64,000 nucleotides of DNA from a virus (IMGVR_UViG_3300031993_000045:1-64000); one strand, 5' to 3'. Counted from the first letter of the stretch, positions 28,778 to 38,169 are shown. Notes: generated from the sequence alone by a model not told the origin. Made by a program: numbers and translations.

Positions 28778-29305
28778 TTAGTACCATTGAGTCCAATAAG
28801 ACTGATCGTTATTCTTACATTCTTCTTCCCATTCTTCATCTGTGAAGTCTTTGTGTAAGCATTCATCAGAGCAATAGTATTTCCAGCCAGCATCTACACA
28901 ATAACCCTCTTGCATCAAACGACCACAAACAGAACAACGACGACATTCTTTAGAAGTATCACGAAAATAATCGACAAAACTGTTAGCTATGTGATTACCA
29001 TCGTAGATTTCAATAGTCCTACCATAGTTGCTTGCAAAGCGGTCTAAGTCTTCTGTGCTATAAATTTCTTCTGACGTTCCTTTTGTGGCTTTCCGTAGCA
29101 AATCTTCGACAACAATCCATTTCAAACGTCTTATGTCGTCTTTAAGGACTTTTGACATTTTATTGTCGGTCAGTATTACGTGATAAAAGACGTTGTTACT
29201 GTCACGATAGAACTTAAGAGCATGAACACACGCATTTAGCTCAACAATAGCTTTTGTAATCATAACTTTACATCGTTTAAGCGGGTTAAACTTACGACCA
29301 TCCAT
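28778..29305 (-). CDS. Protein with a C-terminal Cys-rich putative Zn-binding domain
   Basis: CSVCGRLMQEGYC...YYCSDECLH. Confidence 0.65.
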   Translation of the reverse strand: MDGRKFNPLKRCKVMITKAIVELNACVHALKFYRDSNNVFYHVILTDNKMSKVLKDDIRRLKWIVVEDLLRKATKGTSEEIYSTEDLDRFASNYGRTIEIYDGNHIANSFVDYFRDTSKECRRCSVCGRLMQEGYCVDAGWKYYCSDECLHKDFTDEEWEEECKNNDQSYWTQWY

Positions 29306-29550
29306 CCGTATATATCATGATGCCAAAATGCATAATACCATTGTTTATCCCAAGGATAAGGTGATCTTTTCATGAAAGGAAAGAACGCATTTTTACAAAT
29401 CTTTCTGTAAAAAGTACCATCTGCTTCTTTAATATGAAGTTCTGCTTCTTTAATTTGAAGTTTTCTTAGGTATTTCAACAATTTGCAATACATTATCAGA
29501 CGTTCTGTTGGCTTTTCTGGTTTTATAACTAAAAGATTCTTCTTTTCCAT
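29260..29550 (-). CDS. Short basic protein, paralog of the 27-28.5 kb cluster
   Basis: RLIMYCKLLKYLRKL is very close to DLVSYCKLLKYMRTY in 28079-28342. Confidence 0.7.
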   Translation of the reverse strand: MEKKNLLVIKPEKPTERLIMYCKLLKYLRKLQIKEAELHIKEADGTFYRKICKNAFFPFMKRSPYPWDKQWYYAFWHHDIYGWMVVSLTRLNDVKL

Positions 29551-29790
29551 AACTTTGATAGTTTTAGGTTAAACAAAAACAGCGTGCTGAGAGGCCGAGG
29601 AAGAGGTTAACATCTGTCGGAAGTCTCAAACACGCTGTCATACACTGTGTATCCGGTCTCTTGCCTGGTGTCAAAGCCCGTCTAGCCGGCTCAGCTTTGC
29701 TTAGTTTACGATAGCAATAAACGTCGTCCCATATTCGCGATTAGGGGCTAAACTGCCTTATGCTCTTTTACAAGTCCTTGCCTAGGACGG

Positions 29791-30165
29791 CTAACGGTCA
29801 GTCTGGCGATTTTTTCTTTGTAGAATCTCACTGAATTGTAGTTCAACTTTTACGTTGTCGATGGTATATTTCTCGGCAAGCTTATAGCATTGTCGTACAT
29901 TATTATAATGCACACGCATGCTATCAACATTTGTTTGACGATAAAACCCTATGGCAGCCGTATTGAAGTCGTCGTATATTTCTACTGCCATGTCAGATGC
30001 ATCGTCTAACATGTCAATATAGCGCTCAACTTGTGAACTCATATTGTCCACATTGTTACGCATGATTGCGACTTCTTTCTGTTGTTCTACCTCACTATTG
30101 ATTCCTACTGCTAGCACTACGGTGAATATAATCACCGATAGCACAATAAAGATGACTTGTTTCAT
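29791..30165 (-). CDS. Membrane-anchored coiled-coil protein
   Basis: MKQVIFIVLSVIIFTVVLAVGI. Confidence 0.65.
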   Translation of the reverse strand: MKQVIFIVLSVIIFTVVLAVGINSEVEQQKEVAIMRNNVDNMSSQVERYIDMLDDASDMAVEIYDDFNTAAIGFYRQTNVDSMRVHYNNVRQCYKLAEKYTIDNVKVELQFSEILQRKNRQTDR

Positions 30166-30288
30166 ACCTCTGACTATTTACAGAATATCCAACACACGGC
30201 AATCATCATTGTGAATGCTAATACTGTCATGAATACGACTGCAATGTTTTCAGCAAGTTTTGACAATTTTTTCATAACACAAATGATT

Positions 30289-30669
30289 TTAGTTGTCATT
30301 GTAATACACACATCTTACCATGTTTGGAGTGACAGAATCTTCATCTTCTATCATTATCCGCATAGTATTGTCGAGAAGAGTATCAAACATCTTACAGTAA
30401 ACCATAAAATGATGATGTTTAGCAGCATATGTACTGCTCAGTTCAAATGCTTCACGAGTCTCGCAAAGCTCCACATACTCATCGGTCTCACCGATGGTGT
30501 CCATGAATGGGAATGTAGTATTAATAGAATCCAACAAAGCCTCATCTTTAGCTATGATGTTTTCCATATCAACTATTGCTTCTTCATACATGGTTGTTGT
30601 ATCCTGGGATATATCACAAGAACAACTGCAAGCAATGAACATTGCTGCTATGAACAATAACTTATTCAT
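30289..30669 (-). CDS. Putative lipoprotein
   Basis: Start moved to MNKLLFIAAMFIACSCS-C. Confidence 0.6.
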   Translation of the reverse strand: MNKLLFIAAMFIACSCSCDISQDTTTMYEEAIVDMENIIAKDEALLDSINTTFPFMDTIGETDEYVELCETREAFELSSTYAAKHHHFMVYCKMFDTLLDNTMRIMIEDEDSVTPNMVRCVYYNDN

Positions 30670-31238
30670 AATATATGTAGTTTTGATAACTTTCACACTG
30701 TGCACTCAAGGAAGAGAGATGACCTCTTCCATAGAGCTAGATCTGTATTTTACCCTCGTGTGAATACGATTGAATACTTAATGGCGATCTTACTTCCATG
30801 CGCTCATTTACGGTGTCACGCTTGCCGTTGTCCGCCAGGCCATCAATAATACTGATACAAGTCACTTTGTATTGGTCTCAGTACTATCTAGCCCTAATCA
30901 AACTCCTTGCTAAACGTTGTGCAAAACGTGCACTGGAGTCAGAGCGGACATTTGTTCCTAAATCACAGGGCACATGTGACCAAACATTATGCCCCGTAGT
31001 TGCCGTCAAGGCTAATTTTTGAGTACCATAATGTTATTAATATCCATTAACATTTTGCCGCAAATGGATACGTGATTTGGGATGTGCGTAATTTATCAGC
31101 ATACACACACTGCTGTTAGTTTCCTAATACACAAATTGTGTTTCGTCCCAGTCTCATCAGTTAGGATTTTTTATCGTGCTCCTGGGATGCACGTGAGAAG
31201 TGAGTGTGTTTGATACACACCCACTCACTCTTATGTAG

Positions 31239-31538
31239 TTAGTCTTCGAAGATGTTGCTTCTGTCAGGATACAAGGCTATCTTGTTCATAAACTTTGATA
31301 TCTTGTTCAGACTCTCAACGGCTGCGTCTTGCAACTCCTTCATCTCCTTGTCATTAGGAATCTTAGGAAAATCCTTGCGCTCATCGAAAGGAGTCTTGTT
31401 ATACTTCTCCTTGAGTTCGACTGCAAGAGTCCAGTTTGAAACCTTTGTCCATTCGAGACCAAGAGCAATAGCATCTCCCTGGTTGAATTTAACACTCTTA
31501 CTAACTACAGCTTCTGCATAAATGTTGTTAATTTCCAT
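31239..31538 (-). CDS. Hypothetical protein
   Basis: ORF track. Confidence 0.7.
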   Translation of the reverse strand: MEINNIYAEAVVSKSVKFNQGDAIALGLEWTKVSNWTLAVELKEKYNKTPFDERKDFPKIPNDKEMKELQDAAVESLNKISKFMNKIALYPDRSNIFED

Positions 31539-31651
31539 AACTTGAAAGTTTTAAGGGTTTATAATCGATTTAATGAAAAAGCTATATATTAATAAAATTT
31601 CACACTATGGTTTGTCGAGATGTACGCCAAAAACGGCGGAAAGTGGAGAGG

Positions 31652-32095
31652 CTAAGCCTTCTCCAACTTCCACGCGCTTTTGTTGTTCTCGTACTGACGT
31701 TTGAGGTCTGCTAAGCATTCGTCATACGTACCCATATAGGCACGATGGAAAGTTTGCAGTTCTCTTTCGTCGTCACCTTCGCCGAATTTGATACTTTTGC
31801 ACTCGCCGTCGGTAACGTCTAAAACTGTCACGTCGTAACACTCAATTCCGTCCGTTGGCTGGTCTTTGAAAACGTCATTAAGTTCCTTCTCAACAGCGTC
31901 TAATCTGCCAGTGAAAAGGTCTTTGATAGTGTTGTCAAAACCCCGCAGTACCAACCCGAAAGTGTATAAGTTATTTTGCATGCTTTTTTGCGCAAAAAGT
32001 GAGTTATTGTTATCACTCTTTGTGAAGAAAGCGGTTGCAAAAGGTTTATCACTTGAGAAGTCACTGCATACCTTGATGTAAGAAAATGTGGTCAT
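31652..32095 (-). CDS. Hypothetical protein, probably the first gene of the early operon
   Basis: ORF track; long A/T tracts upstream at 32215-32250. Confidence 0.7.
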   Translation of the reverse strand: MTTFSYIKVCSDFSSDKPFATAFFTKSDNNNSLFAQKSMQNNLYTFGLVLRGFDNTIKDLFTGRLDAVEKELNDVFKDQPTDGIECYDVTVLDVTDGECKSIKFGEGDDERELQTFHRAYMGTYDECLADLKRQYENNKSAWKLEKA

Positions 32096-32386
32096 AATTG
32101 TGAAATTTTGGTGTGTTGCTAAAAATCTGTTTTAGCACAGGGAGTGGGGTGTTCCAATCCGACAGCCGTAGTACGGGTGTGATTCATTGCTGTTTCGCGT
32201 TTTCACACCTACACAACAAAAAATTTTTAAAAAATTTTGCAAAAAAAAATCCCGAACAAGTTAATGTTCGAGATTATTATGTATCTATTCTAGTATACCT
32301 TTATTATCGGAGTAAGCCTTCGGTTTTAGCAGAAGTTCGAATGCGCTTTTCCTCCACTGACCCATTAGATCGGAATGGTTTGGGCA

Positions 32387-32833
32387 CTACACACAATGTT
32401 CGTTATCTTTTATAAAGAAGGTCTTGTATATCAGTATCCCATCTTCTGTCATATCATAGGCTAATGCGAAGCTGTATTTATCGTCGGCTTTTACATACCT
32501 CCTGTTGGTGGTAGTACTGAATTTGTTGTCTTTGTCGTGTATTAACAGTAGACATATTCTGTACCATACATTTGTTTTAGCACAGCACCTTTGCTTGAAT
32601 CTATCGAAGAAGTGTCTCCATACTATACAATGTTTGCAAGTGTGTAGTTTCGAATTGTATATTGTGACATCGTATTTTCTTGTGTCTTTTCTTCTACTTC
32701 CACTTCCTTCTATTAGAATACGGTATTCATTACTGCGTACCAACCACTTTGCTTCACCTTTGTACTTCTTATACTTTTCTCCGCATCTGGAATCGAATGC
32801 GTCCCCATCCAGTAGTATTCTATCTAGCTTCAT
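32387..32833 (-). CDS. Hypothetical protein (ends in TAG, possible readthrough)
   Basis: ORF track; TAATG overlap with the upstream gene. Confidence 0.6.
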   Translation of the reverse strand: MKLDRILLDGDAFDSRCGEKYKKYKGEAKWLVRSNEYRILIEGSGSRRKDTRKYDVTIYNSKLHTCKHCIVWRHFFDRFKQRCCAKTNVWYRICLLLIHDKDNKFSTTTNRRYVKADDKYSFALAYDMTEDGILIYKTFFIKDNEHCV

Positions 32834-33294
32834 TATGCTGCTATTCTTTGTTGGAATTTACTCATTTTTTCCTCGACAACCGCTGGATCATAATTCATGA
32901 CAATATCTGTCTTGGCTTGCTCTAAGATACCTTTTCCTGTTGTTACATTCTCTGTGTCTATGTATTCGAAGTCGTCAGTCTTCTCTTCTTCTAAAGTATC
33001 ATTCAGCTCTTGCAGCTTTTCCGTAACTTCCTCAGGCTTAGTACGTTTAGCTTGTTCCTCAAGGATTCGTTTAATGAGCTCTTCTCTATGTGGATCTCCA
33101 TACTTATTATACATCTGGAAGAGTGCCATCTTCATGTTATCGAGTGCTAATGCATCACCATCCTCAGGATATTCGTCAATCATCTTCTCTAACTCCGGAA
33201 TTGTTATATTCTTTAGTACTCCGTCCTTATCAGTGTGACGAATGAGTTTGCCGTTTTTATCGTATAAATTTGCAAATTTGTTAATCTTTCCCAT
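32833..33294 (-). CDS. Conserved crAss-like hypothetical protein
   Basis: KFANLYDKNGKLIR N-terminus; acidic middle. Confidence 0.7.
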   Translation of the reverse strand: MGKINKFANLYDKNGKLIRHTDKDGVLKNITIPELEKMIDEYPEDGDALALDNMKMALFQMYNKYGDPHREELIKRILEEQAKRTKPEEVTEKLQELNDTLEEEKTDDFEYIDTENVTTGKGILEQAKTDIVMNYDPAVVEEKMSKFQQRIAA

Positions 33295-33332
33295 TGTTCA
33301 TTAAGAATTTAAGTAGTCGTTTTTGCCTTTCT

Positions 33333-33842
33333 TTAGTCTTCTGTATCGCTTCCCTTAAGGACGGATTTGATAGACATTCCTTGAGTGTTTTCCTAGTGTG
33401 CGACTTGTTTTGTGCACTAAGTCCAGATTCGTTTTCCATCTTCATCTTTGATAATGTGTTGAAATATAAGGTCTTTTTTCCATTTATCGTACTTAGCTAA
33501 CGCGTTTTCAAACTCCTTTTTCTTGCTATACTGATGAATGCATCTTAACATCCTTTCTCCGTTAACAGCACCACAGGATTTGAGACTACAGATATCTTCG
33601 ATAAACGACATCGCGCCTTCTTCTCCAAACCTTGTTTTAAGTTGTTCAAATTCTCGTTTACTCTGCTTAAAGTATTCATTTTCAGGGTTATACACCGGTT
33701 CTACGTCAGCAATGTAACAGGAATTTATTGGAGTTCCATGTATGAAAAAGTACTTACATGTATCTGTTACAGGGGTACTTGTTTCTTTCATACTGAGGAA
33801 ATCAGCGTAATATAGTATAGCATTCAATTCAATCATAGTCAT
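33333..33842 (-). CDS. Conserved crAss-like protein, 169 aa with two recoded TAGs
   Basis: Frame continues through TAG 33417 and 33393 (…KRIWT*CTKQVAH*ENTQG…) to TAA 33333. Confidence 0.65.
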
Positions 33843-33852
33843 CTGCGCGTTA

Positions 33853-34251
33853 TCATTTAATTAACGTATTATATATACATTTGGTTGCCCATTCTGTTAA
33901 ATAACAGCACGCTTCACCAGTTGTTCTGTTCATCTTCATCTCGATATACTCCATCAGGTGTATTGTATAGTGCAATGCCTCATGTGCACATGCTCCGATC
34001 TTGTAGGCGGTGTCTCGTTTTAAGAGATCATCATCAAGTAAGACCAGGAAACATGATTCCTTTTTATCTTTATTGGTTAATCCAGACAGTAAACATGCAT
34101 CAAAACTACCATCAAAGTCTTCTTTTGTCACGTTAAACTTGTTTTTTAGGTTGTCGTAAGTGGCATGTTTAGCTACATATAACACTGAGTGTGGGTATAT
34201 CCCATTCTCATATCGGTCTACTATTAACTTCTTCTTATTCTTCTTATCCAT
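33853..34251 (-). CDS. Putative zincin metallopeptidase-fold protein
   Basis: GACAHEALH (HExxH) with downstream EACCY. Confidence 0.55.
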   Translation of the reverse strand: MDKKNKKKLIVDRYENGIYPHSVLYVAKHATYDNLKNKFNVTKEDFDGSFDACLLSGLTNKDKKESCFLVLLDDDLLKRDTAYKIGACAHEALHYTIHLMEYIEMKMNRTTGEACCYLTEWATKCIYNTLIK

Positions 34252-34399
34252 ACTGTATAATATATTATATTAAGCTTAATATAGTCTATATAAGAAACGA
34301 AAATAACACAAAAACGGTTGCTTTTTGCAAAATTTTATACGTTTTGCAACCACTTTTGTATAATTTTACGTTATGCTGGTGTAATTAAACGATACGAAA
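34252..34399. promoter_or_regulatory. Divergent intergenic region (strand switch)
   Basis: All genes to the left are on minus, all to the right on plus; inverted repeat GGTTGC...GCAACC (34316-34351) around a TTTTGCAAAA palindrome. Confidence 0.6.
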
Positions 34400-34804
34400 A
34401 TGACAAAAACACTGAAAGTAGTTAAACCATTCTTCGTTATGGAGGTTGGTGACACATTCGAAAAGACTGAAGACGGTACATATAGAAGCGTGTATTCAAC
34501 AGAATATTCGTCAACAGATGTTGAGGGAGATGATATTTCATCTGCATACAACTCTGTATATGAGATCTCAGAAAGCTACGCAAAGAGTCTTGTTAGAGAC
34601 GGCTTCCTTGCTGAGGAGACTAAGAAAGACAAGTTCGTAAACGTGTTCGATGAGATTGAAAGCATGAAACAGCAGTTCAGTAGTGAACTTGACAATCTTG
34701 ATGAGGATTGTGCCGGTATTCCAGCATGCCTCAAGACAGAGAAGCTTACAGTTCTCACAAACTTGCTTACAGTATTAAACCACCTTTCAGATCTTAAGAA
34801 GTAA
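34400..34804 (+). CDS. Conserved crAss-like acidic protein
   Basis: ORF track. Confidence 0.75.
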   Translation: MTKTLKVVKPFFVMEVGDTFEKTEDGTYRSVYSTEYSSTDVEGDDISSAYNSVYEISESYAKSLVRDGFLAEETKKDKFVNVFDEIESMKQQFSSELDNLDEDCAGIPACLKTEKLTVLTNLLTVLNHLSDLKK

Positions 34805-34805
34805 T

Positions 34806-35210
34806 ATGGAAGATAAGGATACACAGATCGTGGATCAGTCAGTACTGGCAGAGGACGTATCTAAAAAGATAAAGATAGAGTTCCGAAATCAGTTCCTGGT
34901 AAAACCACTGGATCCGGTAATGATAGAGAAAGAGTTCAGTAAACCAGTTCCTAAGGCCGAAACAAAGGATGATAATGGAATTGAAGCTACTGACTACGAC
35001 GAAGTAGAAAAGGAAATCAAGAGTGTTCCTTCGGACTACAGAAAGGGTGTAGTAATTAAGATCCCTTATGAGTTCAAGAACAACGAAAGTGCAAATCCAA
35101 TAAAGATCGGTGACATTATTATATATAAGGAGGGAACTGGTCGTTGGTTTGACCTTTGTAAGGACACACAACTGATTGACATGTATGCAATAATCGGAGT
35201 AGAGAAGTAA
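34806..35210 (+). CDS. GroES-like co-chaperonin-fold protein
   Basis: FLVKP...KGVVIKIP...IKIGDIIIY...IIGV pattern. Confidence 0.6.
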   Translation: MEDKDTQIVDQSVLAEDVSKKIKIEFRNQFLVKPLDPVMIEKEFSKPVPKAETKDDNGIEATDYDEVEKEIKSVPSDYRKGVVIKIPYEFKNNESANPIKIGDIIIYKEGTGRWFDLCKDTQLIDMYAIIGVEK

Positions 35211-35422
35211 TGGACTTAGACAAAACTTGTCGATCTATAGCAAAGAAACTAGGTTATGACTACGAGCTCGTACGAAAAATAGTAATGTACGAGTTCGAGT
35301 ATACGACCGAAGTGATGAAAGATCCTGAAGACTATAGAGAGATATTGTTTAACAAACTGTTTAAGTTTAAACTGAAAAACCGATTTAAAAATAATAAAAC
35401 AAAAGACTATAGTCCAAAATGA
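35210..35422 (+). CDS. HU/IHF-like DNA-binding protein
   Basis: IAKKLG.DYELVRKIV helix pair followed by ILFNKLFKFKLK strand. Confidence 0.5.
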   Translation: MDLDKTCRSIAKKLGYDYELVRKIVMYEFEYTTEVMKDPEDYREILFNKLFKFKLKNRFKNNKTKDYSPK

Positions 35423-35790
35423 AATACCTATTAGCAGATTGCGGATATACTCTTGACACAGAAGGTGTTGTCCTGAAACGTCAGGATAGTGAGAGACAGG
35501 GTGTCAACAGTATATATGTTGCAAAAGAAGATTGTACAGTAACTTATAGAGACACTGTAGCACAGGCAGAGGCTGGTGATATTGTTGTCACATTCTATGA
35601 GAAAGACTTCCCTATGCAGATGATTGTCGTAAAGTCAGAGGATTGGAGAAAGAATCTCGAAGCTTACAACGAGAAACAGCAAAAATGGCTGGAGGAGCAA
35701 GCTAGAAAGAACTCTGTAGTGGGTGCATGGTCAGATGCATGTTGCAACGAAACATGTGACGCATGTGCACCATCGTGCGAAGCAGCTTGA
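35419..35790 (+). CDS. Hypothetical protein with a Cys-rich tail
   Basis: ORF track; ATGA overlap. Confidence 0.7.
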   Translation: MKYLLADCGYTLDTEGVVLKRQDSERQGVNSIYVAKEDCTVTYRDTVAQAEAGDIVVTFYEKDFPMQMIVVKSEDWRKNLEAYNEKQQKWLEEQARKNSVVGAWSDACCNETCDACAPSCEAA

Positions 35791-35835
35791 AAAATAAGAA
35801 CAATGTTACGAAAATACGCTAAAAGATAAATAACT

Positions 35836-36087
35836 ATGAGAACAGTAAAGAAGTCAACTACAGTTGATTACATTGTAGATATCACAAACGCTCAGTCAGC
35901 AGCAGATGTATACTTGACAATCGCTGCAGCTAAGCTGACACAGAACGAGTTGGACGTACTTGTAGATCGTGCAGCACCTAAGATCACATTCCAGATCGTA
36001 CAGTGCCCATGTAACTGCGGAGACAAGCTCGTTGAAAAGAAGCCAAACATCTTCAAGCGCTTCTGGAACTGGGTAACCGGTAAGTAA
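35836..36087 (+). CDS. Hypothetical protein
   Basis: ORF track; ends KRFWNWVTGK. Confidence 0.7.
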   Translation: MRTVKKSTTVDYIVDITNAQSAADVYLTIAAAKLTQNELDVLVDRAAPKITFQIVQCPCNCGDKLVEKKPNIFKRFWNWVTGK

Positions 36088-36115
36088 TTAACTGGGGTAT
36101 TCGTACCCCATATAT

Positions 36116-36187
36116 CTCGGGATAGTGTAAAGGTAACATACTAGGCTCATAATCTAGAGAGTGAAGGTTCGACTCCTTCTCCCGAAA
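36116..36187 (+). tRNA. tRNA with CAT anticodon (Met, fMet-like or Ile2)
   Basis: Cloverleaf CTAGG-CT CAT AA-TCTAG, GAAGG-TTCGACT-CCTTC; C1:A72 mismatch is initiator-like but the three G-C anticodon-stem pairs are absent. Confidence 0.88.
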
Positions 36188-36377
36188 CACTGCTTGTACT
36201 AGAATACGACGAAATAGGAACAAGAGTCATTGAGCGGGTCGTAACGCTGCGAATGGTTGGTGGATGGTTAAACAGAGCATCTGATACGGGTACCAACACT
36301 TATCTTGTGTCGTGGTCTACACAAGATCGGAAAACCTTAGAGCAAAGACGGGAGCTCTTTAAAAAACGCCCGTCCAA

Positions 36378-36449
36378 CGCCCACTGGTGTAATGGCTAGC
36401 ACAGAAGGCTCTAACCCTTTTAGTCTGGGTTCGAATCCTAGGTGGGAGA
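36378..36449 (+). tRNA. Amber suppressor tRNA (anticodon CTA), probably Gln
   Basis: CGCCCAC/GTGGGAG, GTGT-AATGGCTA-GCAC, GAAGG-CT CTA AC-CCTTT, CTGGG-TTCGAAT-CCTAG; D-arm nearly identical to the phage tRNA-Gln. Confidence 0.92.
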
Positions 36450-36514
36450 CAAACAAAACTAACAGCATCCCGTAAGATCTGCTTTAGTTCATAATTTTTG
36501 AAATTAAAAGTAAT

Positions 36515-37003
36515 ATGCAGTTAAAGTTTAAGAAATTATCAGAAAACGCAGTGATGCCAACAAAAGCACATGTAACAGATGCAGGATTGGATCTTACTGC
36601 TACGTCTATAACAACACAGATAAATGAATGTGGACAGCTAATGCTCGTATATCATACAGATCTCGCAGTAGAGATTCCTGAAGGCTACGTAGGCTTACTG
36701 TTCCCAAGATCAAGCATCTACAAGAAGTCTCTTGCACAGACAAATAGTGTTGGTGTAATTGACTCAGGCTATAGGGGTGAGATAATGGCTGTATTCAAGG
36801 CAACCACAGATGTAATTCCTGCTGTATACAAGGCAGGCGAACGCTTCGTGCAACTTGTAATCGTACCAATTCCAGAGATAGAAGTTGTAGAAGCAGAGGA
36901 GCTCAGTGAGTCAGATCGTGGCGAAGCTGGCTATGGATCTTCTGATACACAGGCAGAAGAGAAGAAAGAGGTCGAGGAGACAGCAGCAGAGCAAGCTGCA
37001 TAA
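36515..37003 (+). CDS. dut: dUTPase (trimeric)
   Basis: AGLDL, PRSS, GVIDSGYRGEI, ERFVQLV, RGEAGYGSS motifs. Confidence 0.95.
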   Translation: MQLKFKKLSENAVMPTKAHVTDAGLDLTATSITTQINECGQLMLVYHTDLAVEIPEGYVGLLFPRSSIYKKSLAQTNSVGVIDSGYRGEIMAVFKATTDVIPAVYKAGERFVQLVIVPIPEIEVVEAEELSESDRGEAGYGSSDTQAEEKKEVEETAAEQAA

Positions 37004-37084
37004 TAACATAACGACATAATGGTAAGGGGGCATCCAAAAGATGTTCCCTTTTGCCGTATACATATAATTCAAATTACGTAATTT

Positions 37085-38167
37085 ATGAACGGATTAATAA
37101 ACGAACATCTTCACGGTGGCATAGTCGAGTATGTTGATCGCCTTCTTGATGAAAAGATTGTAATGCTTAAGAAGGAGTTAGAACAACATCTGCAAGACGA
37201 TAGTGCACACGTCACCGAGGAAGAAAAAGAAAAATGGAATGAAAGAGACAATTCCTCTTCTAGTTCGTCTGATTCATCTGACGATGCTACATCAAGTACC
37301 GTAATTCCATCCAAGATTTCGGAATTAGAGAACGATGTTGATTACCTCACAAGAGAAGATCTGAGTATGTATGCTACAGAGGAAGAGGTAAGATCGTGGT
37401 TGGACGGGTACGAGATGAAGAGTGATATGTACTCAGGTGAAGGATCTGGTTCAGAAGGCTCATCTGATGACGATGATGACGAGTATACAGATGAAGTCAT
37501 AATCGACAAGTTTAGAGTAGATCCATCAAAGACCCCTCTTACCGGAGTAAAAAGTATATACTTACACTACGACCGCCAAGACGGAAAACTTTCAATCAAA
37601 CCATTTACTGCACAGACAGCATCTCTTTCTGTATCACCAGCATCTGCTGAATATGGTACTACTGTCAACGTAATGCTTACAGCCGCTTACAAGATGGACG
37701 AGATGACACAGGTTACTGTCACAGGTGGTAATCTTGGAACGAAGAAGATTATTCAGACATTAACCGATACAATTAGCGGTATTACTGATACTGTATCATA
37801 TACACTTAATTACACACCAAAAGAAGACGAGGCTGGTAAAGATACAAAGAGTATTCTCGTTTCAAAGAAGATGTATATTTGGTATTCAAACGGGTCTACA
37901 CAAGATTCAATTCCAAGCAATGCTTCTTCTTCATTATACACAGGTAAACCTGGCTCTATTACATTTGACGCGCCTAATGGGCAGTATGCATATATTGCAT
38001 TTCCTAATTCATGGAACGTTAATCCTGCTACATTTAAAGTGGGTGGATTTAGCTTCGGTTACATCTCTGTAAAGAATAACGCAAACGGCCCTTACGGTCT
38101 TACAGGTGATTATACTATAATAAGATCAGCTCAAACTGGTCTTGGTAAAACAACTATAAACACTTAA
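37085..38167 (+). CDS. Virion fibre/decoration-like protein with an acidic linker
   Basis: S/D-rich linker; beta-rich C-terminal domain with YAYIAFP motif. Confidence 0.6.
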   Translation: MNGLINEHLHGGIVEYVDRLLDEKIVMLKKELEQHLQDDSAHVTEEEKEKWNERDNSSSSSSDSSDDATSSTVIPSKISELENDVDYLTREDLSMYATEEEVRSWLDGYEMKSDMYSGEGSGSEGSSDDDDDEYTDEVIIDKFRVDPSKTPLTGVKSIYLHYDRQDGKLSIKPFTAQTASLSVSPASAEYGTTVNVMLTAAYKMDEMTQVTVTGGNLGTKKIIQTLTDTISGITDTVSYTLNYTPKEDEAGKDTKSILVSKKMYIWYSNGSTQDSIPSNASSSLYTGKPGSITFDAPNGQYAYIAFPNSWNVNPATFKVGGFSFGYISVKNNANGPYGLTGDYTIIRSAQTGLGKTTINT

Positions 38168-38169
38168 TC

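Noticed and set aside
36450-36500. Theta (HDV-like) ribozyme in the suppressor tRNA 3' trailer, as reported for recoded gut phages
   Set aside because: The trailers of all tRNAs here begin with C/A-rich sequence and I could not build the nested double pseudoknot; a motif search could still overturn this
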